From positions 186,001 through 211,826 of the forward strand of contig NW_025408521.1 of NCBI RefSeq assembly GCF_018350175.1: a DNA stretch of 25,826 nt, in the 5' to 3' direction. The notes below the pieces were generated by a model that was not told the origin of the DNA, searched no databases, and was given only the letters and a program-made list of their open reading frames with translations. Shown here piece after piece: positions 11,133 through 21,600 of this stretch. This stretch comes from Felis catus (lineage: Eukaryota). How positions within the stretch are numbered: the stretch's first letter is position 1; every line of letters begins with the position of its first letter. The position numbers and the translations under genes were made by a program.

Positions 11133-11249
11133 GAGTCTCGGTTTTAAAGTTTATTTTGCCTGATATAAGTATGGCTACTGGCTTTCTTTTGACATTATTG
11201 GCATGATAAATATTTCTTCATTCCCTCACTTCAAATCTGCAGGAGACTT

Positions 11250-11471
11250 GGGGCGCCTGGGTGGCTCAGTCGGTTAAGGGGCCAACTTCGGCTCAGGTCA
11301 TGATCTCCCAGTCCCTGAGGTCGAGCCCCACGTCGGGCACTGTGCTGACAGCTCAGAGCCTGGAGCCTGTTTCAGATTCTGTGTCTCCCTCTCTCTGACC
11401 CTCCCCCGTTCATGCTTGGTCTCTCTCTGTCTCAAAAATAAATAAACATTAAAAAAATTAAAAAAAAATAA
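11250..11471 (+). mobile_element. Felid-type SINE (SINEC_Fc-like), full length, 18-bp TSD
   Basis: Starts GGGGCGCCTGGGTGGCTCAGTCGGTTAAG (A box), has a CT-rich segment, AATAAA and an A tail. Perfect TSD CAAATCTGCAGGAGACTT at 11232-11249 and 11472-11489. Confidence 0.97.
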
Positions 11472-13010
11472 CAAATCTGCAGGAGACTTAAGTCCGAATA
11501 AGGCTTTGTAGGCAGCATCCAGATAGACATTGTTTTTTGTTTGCTTGTTTGTTTGTTTTGTCCATTCTGACGCCCTATCCAATGTCTTTGGATTGGAGCA
11601 TTTAGTCCATTTATAGTCAGAGTGATTATTGCTAGGTATATATTTAGTCCCATTCTACTAGTTGTTTTATCATTGTTTCTTGATGTTTTCTCTGATCCTT
11701 TCATGTCTGTGACACTTTTAGTCTTTCCTTTCCACTCAAGAGCCTGATTTAAATATTCTTTTCTTTTGACTGGTGGTACATTTCTTTACTTATTTTTAAT
11801 ATTTCTTCTTTTTAAAATTGAAGCCCAAGTTAGTTACCTTATAGAGGAATACAGTTTCAGCAGTAGAATTTAGTGACCCATCAAGTACAAAATATACCCA
11901 ATACTCATCCCAAGGTCCACCCCTAATGCCCATCACCCATTTAGCCCATACCCCTATTCAGTAACCCTCCAGGAACCCTGAGATTCTTCCCTCTATTTAA
12001 CAGTCTCTTATCATTTGACTCCCTCTCTGTGTGTATCTTCTTTTTGCTTTCCTTGCACTATGTTCATCAGTTTTATTAAATTCGACAGATGAGAGGAATC
12101 ATAGTATGTGTGTCGTTCTCTGGCATATTTTGCTTAGCTTAAGAAACTCCGGTTCCATCCCCGTTGTTGCAAAGAGCGAGATTTCATTCTTTTTGATCGC
12201 AGAGTAATAGTCCATTGTATGCATATACCATATCTTCTTTATCCATTCATCTGTCAGTGGTCATTTGGGCTCTTTGCATAACTTAGCTATTGTTGAGAAT
12301 GCTGCTATAAATATTGGAGTACACGTGCCACTTCGAGTCAGCGTTAGTGTATCTTTTGGATCAATACCTAGTAGTGCAATTGCTGGGTCCTAGTGTAGCT
12401 CTATTTTTTGTTTTTGTGACGAATCTCCATACTATTGTCCAGAATGGCTACACCACTTTGCATTCGCACCAGCATTGCAAAAGGGTTCCCTTTCCCTGCA
12501 TCCTTGCCAACATCTGTCGTTTCTGGAGATGTTAATTTTAGCTATTCTGATAGGTGTGAGGGGATATCTCATTGTGGGTTTCATTTGTATTTCAGTGATG
12601 ACCAGTGAGATTGAGCATCTTTTCATGTGTGACCGATCTGGATGTCATCTTTCTTAAGGTGTCTCTTCATGTCTTTTGCCCATTTCTTCACTGGATTATT
12701 TGGTTTCTGGGTGTTGAGTGTGATAAGTTTTTATAGATTTTGGATACTAACCCTTTATCTGATATGTCACCTGCAAATATCTTCTCCCACTTCATTCAGT
12801 TGCCTTTTAGTTTAGCTGATTTTGTCCCCTGCTGTGCAGAAGCTTTTATCTTCAGGACCCAATAGTTCATTGTGGTTTTTATTGCCCTTGCTTCTGGAGA
12901 CATGACAAGCGAGAAGTTGCTGCGGCCAGGATCAAGGAGGTACATTGCCTATTATCTCCTCTAGGATTTTGATGGTTCCTGACTTACATTTAGATAATTC
13001 ATCCATTTTG

Positions 13011-13012
<2 letters not shown>

Positions 13013-13046
<34 letters not shown>
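13013..13046. repeat. (GT)17 microsatellite
   Basis: Read directly from the sequence. Confidence 0.97.
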
Positions 13047-13048
<2 letters not shown>

Positions 13049-13472
13049 TTTAAGAACAGTGTCCAGGTTCATCATTCTCACTGTCCAGTATTCCTAGTAC
13101 CATTTGCTGAAGAGACTCTTATTCCATTGGATATTCTTTCTGTGTTAACAAAGATTACTCACCTTATGTTTGAGGGTATATTTCTGGGTTCCATATTCTG
13201 TTCCATTGACGTCTGTCTCCGTTTCTGTGCCTGTACATACTGTCTTGATGAATGCAGCTTTCTAATACACCATACATCCAAAATAGTCATGTTTCCACCT
13301 TTGTTTTCTTTTTCAACATGACTTTGGCTTTTGGTATCTTTTCTGCATCCTTACACATTTTAGGGTTGTTTGTTCTAGCTCTGTGGAGAAAGCTCATGTT
13401 TTTTGATAGGGATTGCATTGAGTGTGTCGATTGCTTTGGTAGTATTGACATCTTAACAATGTTTGTTCTTCT

Positions 13473-13685
13473 TTTTTTTTCAACGTTTATTTATTTTTTG
13501 GGGACAGACAGAGACAGAGCATGAACAGGGGATTGGAAGAGAGAGAGGGAGACACAGAATAGGAAACAGGCTCCAGGCTCTGAGCCATCAGCCCAGAGCC
13601 TGACGTGGGGCTCGATATCATGGATGGCGAGATCGTGACCTGGTTGAAGTCGGACGCTTAACCGACTGTGCCACCCAGGCGCCCC
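13473..13685 (-). mobile_element. Felid-type SINE (SINEC_Fc-like), full length, 15-bp TSD
   Basis: Ends GAAGTCGGACGCTTAACCGACTGTGCCACCCAGGCGCCCC. TSD AATGTTTGTTCTTCT at 13458-13472 and 13687-13701. Confidence 0.96.
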
Positions 13686-13782
13686 AAATGTTTGTTCTTC
13701 TAATACGTGAGCATGGAATGTTTTCCATTTCTTTGGGTTTCTTCAATTTTTCTCATAGACGATTTATGGTTTGTTGCTTACA

Positions 13783-15667
13783 TCCCCATTGGGAGAGTGT
13801 CTGAGCTAGGGTTAGGGTTCGGTCCAGGACGTTGCCAGGGCCAAAGCAACTCCAGTCTCGTGATCTCCCTAGAGGAATGAAGTAAGGGACCAGGAGACAG
13901 CGGGGGTCAATTGTTTGATTAGGTTTCAAGATCGGGTTAGGATTCGGTTGAGGTTTCCGGTTAGGGGTAGGGATTAGGTTAGGACCCAAGAGGCTCCAGG
14001 TACTGAACCCACAGCAGGGCAGTGGTCACCCGAATGGGCTAAGTTGAGGGCACAGGGGAGAGGGCCGGGAACGTTCAGTCTTTGGCTTCCTGGCCACGCA
14101 AATCTATGGGCCACTGGTCAGGTAGGACTCAGCAATTCTCTCAGACAACTGCAGCCGGGCCTGCAGAATGACATTGTTAGGTTCCAGGCACCATGCCGAG
14201 GGACACTGCCATGCTTCTGGAACCCCAGGCACGTGGTGTTGCCAGACCATGCGATTGGGTCCACAAGGGGAGAGAGCCTTAGCTACGGTTAGTGTTTGGA
14301 CCAGGGACGTAGCCAGGATCGAAGTGACTCCTGTCTCGAGATCTCCCTCGAGAGATGAAGTGAGGGCTCATGTAAAGGTGAGGTTAAAATGAAGGGATAG
14401 GGTTCAAGTCCGGCTTAGGATTAGGAGGAGGGTCTCGTTAAGGGTAGGGTTGGGGTTACGTCCCAGGAGGCCCCAGGTGTGAAGCCAGAACACTTCAGCG
14501 GTCTCCCCGAAGGACTGAGTTCAGGGCACAAGGGAGAGTTCCGGTCAGGGTCAGACTCTATGAGCGCCTGGCCGGGGAAGACTCAGGAATTCTCTCTGGC
14601 AGCTGCAACAGGCATGAGAAACGATATGGTGAGCTTCCAGATACCATATCAGGTGACCATGCAACCCAGAAGGATCCAAGGCGTATGGTGTTGTCAGACG
14701 TAGGGATTGGGTCCCCATGGGGAGAGAGCCTTAGCTAGGGGTAGGTTTCGGTAAAGGCACATCGCCAGGTCCATAGCGACTCCAGGGACGTGACCTCCTT
14801 CAGGACTAAATTGAGGGCCCATGCCAGAAGGTGGCTCAAATGCAGGATTAGGGATCGAGGCAGGCTTAGGTTTCGGTGCAGGCTCCCGGTTCGGGGTATG
14901 GTTAGAGTTAGGGTTAGGTGCCAGAAGGTTCCAGGCGCCGAACCCACAGCAGGGCAGTGGTCTCCCCGAAGGGCTGAGTTCAGGGCACAAGGGAAGGTGC
15001 CGATAAGGATCCGTTATGGCTGCCAAAGCCACACATTTGTTCCTCCCGTGGTCGAGGAGGCCTCCGGAATCCTCTCGGGAGCTGCAGCCGGTCCTGGGAA
15101 ACGACATGGTGAGCTTCAAGGTTCCTTTCCGAGTCAGTCTGCACCGCTTCTGGACCCCAGGTGCGTGATGCTGTCACGTTGGAATTGGGTGCCCATGAGG
15201 GGAGAGCCTTAGCTAGGGTTAGGGTTCGGCCCAGGGACGTCGCCAGGGCCGAAGCGACTCCGGTCTCGTGATCTCCCTCGAGGGCTGAAGTGAGGGCCCA
15301 TGCCAGAAGGCGGCTCAAATGCAGGATTAGGGATCGAGGCAGGCTTAGGTTTCGGTGCAGGCTCCCGGGTTGGGGTAGGGTTAGGGTTAGGTCACAGGAG
15401 GTTCCAGGCGCTGAACCCACAGCAGGGCAGTGGCCTCCCCGAAGGGCTGAGTTGAGGGCACAAGAAACAATGCCAGTCAGGATCCCTCTTTGGCTGCCAA
15501 GGCCACATATGTTGTTCCTCCCGTGGTCGAGGAGGCCTCGGGCATCCTCTCGGGAGCTGCAGCCGGGCCTGGGAAACGACATGGTGAGCTTCCAGGTTCC
15601 TTGCCGAGTCAGCCTGCACGGCTTCTGGACCCCAGGCGCGTGATGCTGTCAGACGTCCGGATTTGGG
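13783..15667. repeat. FA-SAT array edge: four degenerate monomers
   Basis: Monomers of ~480, ~450 (internal deletion near 14560), ~479 and ~478 bp, with divergence decreasing rightwards. Confidence 0.9.
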
Positions 15668-18600
15668 TCCCCATGAGGGGAGAGCCTTAGCTAGGGTTAG
15701 GGTTCGGCCCAGGGACGTCGCCAGGGCCGAAGCGACTCCGGTCTCGTGATCTCCCTCGAGGGCTGAAGTGAGGGCCCATGCCAGAAGGCGGCTCAAAAGC
15801 AGGATTAGGGATCGAGGCAGGCTTAGGTTTCGGGGGAGGGTCCCGGTTCGGGGTAGGGTTAGGGTTAGGGTTAGGTCCCAGGAGGTTCCAGGCGCCGAAC
15901 CCACAGCAGGGCAGTGGTCTCCCCGAAGGGCTGAGTTGAGGGCACAAGGGACGGTGCCGGTCAGGATCCCTCTTTGGCTGCCACGGCCACACATGTTGTT
16001 CCTCCCGCGGTCGAGGAGGCCTCCGGAATCCTCTCGGGAGCTGCAGCCGGGCCTGGGAAACGACATGGTGAGCTTCCAGGTTCCTTGCCGAGTCAGCCTG
16101 CACCGCTTCTGGACCCCAGGCGCGTGATGCTGTCAGACGTTGGAATTGGGTCCCCATGAGGGGAGAGCCTTAGCTAGGGTTAGGGTTCGGGCCAGGGACG
16201 TCTCCAGGGCCGAAGCGACTCCGGTCTCGTGATCTCCCTCGAGGGCTGAAGTGAGGGCCCATGCCAGAAGGCGGCTCAAATGCAGGATTAGGGATCGAGG
16301 CAGGCTTAGGTTTCGGGGGAGTGTCCCGGTTCGGGGTAGGGTTAGGGTTAGGGTTAGGTCCCAGGAGGTTCCAGGCGCCGAACCCACAGCAGGGCAGTGG
16401 TCTCCCCGAAGGGCTGAGTTGAGGGCACAAGGGACGGTGCCGGTCAGGATCCCTCTTTGGCTGCCACGGCCACACATGTTGTTCCTCCCGCGGTCGAGGA
16501 GGCCTCCGCAATCCTCTCGGGAGCTGCAGCCGGGCCTGGGAAACGACATGGTGAGCTTCCAGGTTCCTTGCCGAGTCAGCCTGCACCGCTTCTGGACCCC
16601 AGGCGCGTGATGCTGTCAGACGTTGGAATTGGGTCCCCATGAGGGGAGAGCCTTAGCTAGGGTTAGGGTTCGGGCCAGGGACGTCTCCAGGGCCGAAGCG
16701 ACTCCGGTCTCGTGATCTCCCTCGAGGGCTGAAGTGAGGGCCCATGCCAGAAGGCGGCTCAAATGCAGGATTAGGGATCGAGGCAGGCTTAGGTTTCGGG
16801 GGAGGGTCCCGGTTCGGGGTAGGGTTAGGGTTAGGGTTAGGTCCCAGGAGGTTCCAGGCGCCGAACCCACAGCAGGGCAGTGGTCTCCCCGAAGGGCTTA
16901 GTTGAGGGCACAAGGGACGGTGCCGGTCAGGATCCCTCTTTGGCTGCCACGGCCACACATGTTGTTCCTCCCGCGGTCGAGGAGGCCTCCGCAATCCTCT
17001 CGGGAGCTGCAGCCGGGCCTGGGAAACGACATGGTGAGCTTCCAGGTTCCTTGCCGAGTCAGCCTGCACCGCTTCTGGACCCCAGGCGCGTGATGCTGTC
17101 AGACGTTGGAATTGGGTCCCCATGAGGGGAGAGCCTTAGCTAGGGTTAGGGTTCGGGCCAGGGACGTCGCCAGGGCCGAAGCGACTCCGGTCTCGTGATC
17201 TCCCTCGAGGGCTGAAGTGAGGGCCCATGCCAGAAGGCGGCTCAAATGCAGGATTAGGGATCGAGGCAGGCTTAGGTTTCGGGGGAGGGTCCCGGTTCGG
17301 GGTAGGGTTAGGGTTAGGGTTAGGTCCCAGGAGGTTCCAGGCGCCGAACCCACAGCAGGGCAGTGGTCTCCCCGAAGGGCTGAGTTGAGGGCACAAGGGA
17401 CGGTGCCGGTCAGGATCCCTCTTTGGCTGCCACGGCCACACATGTTGTTCCTCCCGCGGTCGAGGAGGCCTCCGGAATCCTCTCGGGAGCTGCAGCCGGG
17501 CCTGGGAAACGACATGGTGAGCTTCCAGGTTCCTTGCCGAGTCAGCCTGCACCGCTTCTGGACCCCAGGCGCGTGATGCTGTCAGACGTTGGAATTGGGT
17601 CCCCATGAGGGGAGAGCCTTAGCTAGGGTTAGGGTTCGGGCCAGGGACGTCGCCAGGGCCGAAGCGACTCCGGTCTCGTGATCTCCCTCGAGGGCTGAAG
17701 TGAGGGCCCATGCCAGAAGGCGGCTCAAATGCAGGATTAGGGATCGAGGCAGGCTTAGGTTTCGGGGGAGGGTCCCGGTTCGGGGTAGGGTTAGGGTTAG
17801 GGTTAGGTCCCAGGAGGTTCCAGGCGCCGAACCCACAGCAGGGCAGTGGTCTCCCCGAAGGGCTGAGTTGAGGGCACAAGGGACGGTGCCGGTCAGGATC
17901 CCTCTTTGGCTGCCACGGCCACACATGTTGTTCCTCCCGCGGTCGAGGAGGCCTCCGGAATCCTCTCGGGAGCTGCAGCCGGCCTGGGAAACGACATGGT
18001 GAGCTTCCAGGTTCCTTGCCGAGTCAGCCTGCACCGCTTCTGGACCCCAGGCGCGTGATGCTGTCAGACGTTGGAATTGGGTCCCCATGAGGGCAGAGCC
18101 TTAGCTAGGGTTAGGGTTCGGGCCAGGGACGTCGCCAGGGCCGAAGCGACTCCGGTCTCGTGATCTCCCTCGAGGGCTGAAGTGAGGGCCCATGCCAGAA
18201 GGCGGCTCAAATGCAGGATTAGGGATCGAGGCAGGCTTAGGTTTCGGGGGAGGGTCCCGGTTCGGGGTAGGGTTAGGGTTAGGGTTAGGTCCCAGGAGGT
18301 TCCAGGCGCCGAACCCACAGCAGGGCAGTGGTCTCCCCGAAGGGCTGAGTTGAGGGCACAAGGGACGGTGCCGGTCAGGATCCCTCTTTGGCTGCCACGG
18401 CCACACATGTTGTTCCTCCCGCGGTCGAGGAGGCCTCCGCAATCCTCTCGGGAGCTGCAGCCGGGCCTGGGAAACGACATGGTGAGCTTCCAGGTTCCTT
18501 GCCGAGTCAGCCTGCACCGCTTCTGGACCCCAGGCGCGTGATGCTGTCAGACGTTGGAATTGGGTCCCCATGAGGGCAGAGCCTTAGCTAGGCTTAGGGT

Positions 18601-21600
18601 TCGGGCCAGGGACGTCGCCAGGGCCGAAGCGACTCCGGTCTCGTGATCTCCCTCGAGGGCTGAAGTGAGGGCCCATGCCAGAAGGCGGCTCAAATGCAGG
18701 ATTAGGGATCGAGGCAGGCTTAGGTTTCGGGGGAGGGTCCCGGTTCGGGGTAGGGTTAGGGTTAGGGTTAGGTCCCAGGAGGTTCCAGGCGCCGAACCCA
18801 CAGCAGGGCAGTGGTCTCCCCGAAGGGCTGAGTTGAGGGCACAAGGGACGGTGCCGGTCAGGATCCCTCTTTGGCTGCCACGGCCACACATGTTGTTCCT
18901 CCCGCGGTCGAGGAGGCCTCCGGAATCCTCTCGGGAGCTGCAGCCGGGCCTGGGAAACGACATGGTGAGCTTCCAGGTTCCTTGCCGAGTCAGCCTGCAC
19001 CGCTTCTGGACCCCAGGCGCGTGATGCTGTCAGACGTTGGAATTGGGTCCCCATGAGGGCAGAGCCTTAGCTAGGCTTAGGGTTCGGGCCAGGGACGTCT
19101 CCAGGGCCGAAGCGACTCCGGTCTCGTGATCTCCCTCGAGGGCTGAAGTGAGGGCCCATGCCAGAAGGCGGCTCAAATGCAGGATTAGGGATCGAGGCAG
19201 GCTTAGGTTTCGGGGGAGGGTCCCGGTTCGGGGTAGGGTTAGGGTTAGGGTTAGGTCCCAGGAGGTTCCAGGCGCCGAACCCACAGCAGGGCAGTGGTCT
19301 CCCCGAAGGGCTGAGTTGAGGGCACAAGGGACGGTGCCGGTCAGGATCCCTCTTTGGCTGCCACGGCCACACATGTTGTTCCTCCCGCGGTCGAGGAGGC
19401 CTCCGCAATCCTCTCGGGAGCTGCAGCCGGGCCTGGGAAACGACATGGTGAGCTTCCAGGTTCCTTGCCGAGTCAGCCTGCACCGCTTCTGGACCCCAGG
19501 CGCGTGATGCTGTCAGACGTTGGAATTGGGTCCCCATGAGGGGAGAGCCTTAGCTAGGGTTAGGGTTCGGGCCAGGGACGTCTCCAGGGCCGAAGCGACT
19601 CCGGTCTCGTGATCTCCCTCGAGGGCTGAAGTGAGGGCCCATGCCAGAAGGCGGCTCAAATGCAGGATTAGGGATCGAGGCAGGCTTAGGTTTCGGGGGA
19701 GGGTCCCGGTTCGGGGTAGGGTTAGGGTTAGGGTTAGGTCCCAGGAGGTTCCAGGCGCCGAACCCACAGCAGGGCAGTGGTCTCCCCGAAGGGCTTAGTT
19801 GAGGGCACAAGGGACGGTGCCGGTCAGGATCCCTCTTTGGCTGCCACGGCCACACATGTTGTTCCTCCCGCGGTCGAGGAGGCCTCCGGAATCCTCTCGG
19901 GAGCTGCAGCCGGCCTGGGAAACGACATGGTGAGCTTCCAGGTTCCTTGCCGAGTCAGCCTGCACCGCTTCTGGACCCCAGGCGCGTGATGCTGTCAGAC
20001 GTTGGAATTGGGTCCCCATGAGGGCAGAGCCTTAGCTAGGGTTAGGGTTCGGGCCAGGGACGTCTCCAGGGCCGAAGCGACTCCGGTCTCGTGATCTCCC
20101 TCGAGGGCTGAAGTGAGGGCCCATGCCAGAAGGCGGCTCAAATGCAGGATTAGGGATCGAGGCAGGCTTAGGTTTCGGGGGAGGGTCCCGGTTCGGGGTA
20201 GGGTTAGGGTTAGGGTTAGGGTTAGGTCCCAGGAGGTTCCAGGCGCCGAACCCACAGCAGGGCAGTGGTCTCCCCGAAGGGCTGAGTTGAGGGCACAAGG
20301 GACGGTGCCGGTCAGGATCCCTCTTTGGCTGCCACGGCCACACATGTTGTTCCTCCCGCGGTCGAGGAGGCCTCCGCAATCCTCTCGGGAGCTGCAGCCG
20401 GGCCTGGGAAACGACATGGTGAGCTTCCAGGTTCCTTGCTGAGTCAGCCTGCACCGCTTCTGGACCCCAGGCGCGTGATGCTGTCAGACGTTGGAATTGG
20501 GTCCCCATGAGGGGAGAGCCTTAGCTAGGGTTAGGGTTCGGGCCAGGGACGTCTCCAGGGCCGAAGCGACTCCGGTCTCGTGATCTCCCTCGAGGGCTGA
20601 AGTGAGGGCCCATGCCAGAAGGCGGCTCAAATGCAGGATTAGGGATCGAGGCAGGCTTAGGTTTCGGGGGAGGGTCCCGGTTCGGGGTAGGGTTAGGGTT
20701 AGGGTTAGGTCCCAGGAGGTTCCAGGCGCCGAACCCACAGCAGGGCAGTGGTCTCCCCGAAGGGCTTAGTTGAGGGCACAAGGGACGGTGCCGGTCAGGA
20801 TCCCTCTTTGGCTGCCACGGCCACACATGTTGTTCCTCCCGCGGTCGAGGAGGCCTCCGGAATCCTCTCGGGAGCTGCAGCCGGGCCTGGGAAACGACAT
20901 GGTGAGCTTCCAGGTTCCTTGCCGAGTCAGCCTGCACCGCTTCTGGACCCCAGGCGCGTGATGCTGTCAGACGTTGGAATTGGGTCCCCATGAGGGGAGA
21001 GCCTTAGCTAGGGTTAGGGTTCGGGCCAGGGACGTCGCCAGGGCCGAAGCGACTCCGGTCTCGTGATCTCCCTCGAGGGCTGAAGTGAGGGCCCATGCCA
21101 GAAGGCGGCTCAAATGCAGGATTAGGGATCGAGGCAGGCTTAGGTTTCGGGGGAGGGTCCCGGTTCGGGGTAGGGTTAGGGTTAGGGTTAGGTCCCAGGA
21201 GGTTCCAGGCGCCGAACCCACAGCAGGGCAGTGGTCTCCCCGAAGGGCTTAGTTGAGGGCACAAGGGACGGTGCCGGTCAGGATCCCTCTTTGGCTGCCA
21301 CGGCCACACATGTTGTTCCTCCCGCGGTCGAGGAGGCCTCCGGAATCCTCTCGGGAGCTGCAGCCGGCCTGGGAAACGACATGGTGAGCTTCCAGGTTCC
21401 TTGCCGAGTCAGCCTGCACCGCTTCTGGACCCCAGGCGCGTGATGCTGTCAGACGTTGGAATTGGGTCCCCATGAGGGCAGAGCCTTAGCTAGGCTTAGG
21501 GTTCGGGCCAGGGACGTCGCCAGGGCCGAAGCGACTCCGGTCTCGTGATCTCCCTCGAGGGCTGAAGTGAGGGCCCATGCCAGAAGGCGGCTCAAATGCA

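Larger units (their letters stand above)
6303..11790 (-). mobile_element. Large decayed LINE-1 (ORF1 end, ORF2, 3' UTR) carrying four nested insertions
   Basis: ORF2 N-terminus 'YLAIITLTINGLNAPIQRH' (ATG ~11653); endonuclease 'IVEDFNTSLTSMDR..KETMALNDTLDQ' (10135-10341); RT 'IIYHNQVGYIPGLQAWF..DAGKLFDKMSHPFMIKTL' (8699-8959); C-terminal 'EVPYNPA' (~6800); 3' UTR at ~6303-6560. Confidence 0.95.
11790..13770 (-). mobile_element. Second LINE-1, 5'-truncated (3' UTR plus ORF2 C-terminal part)
   Basis: 3' UTR at ~11800-12130. The ORF2 C-terminal Cys-rich region 'MKRCSISLVITEIQMKPTMRYPLTPIRIAKINISRNDRCWQGC' lies at 12432-12626. It ends against FA-SAT. Confidence 0.93.

Noticed and set aside
11250..11330. 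tRNA gene
   Set aside because: The A/B-box-like sequence is the tRNA-derived head of a SINE with CT tract, A tail and TSD.
6303..11790. Active LINE-1 or domesticated reverse transcriptase
   Set aside because: ORF2 is fragmented by stops, frameshifts and four insertions; the 5' UTR and most of ORF1 are missing.
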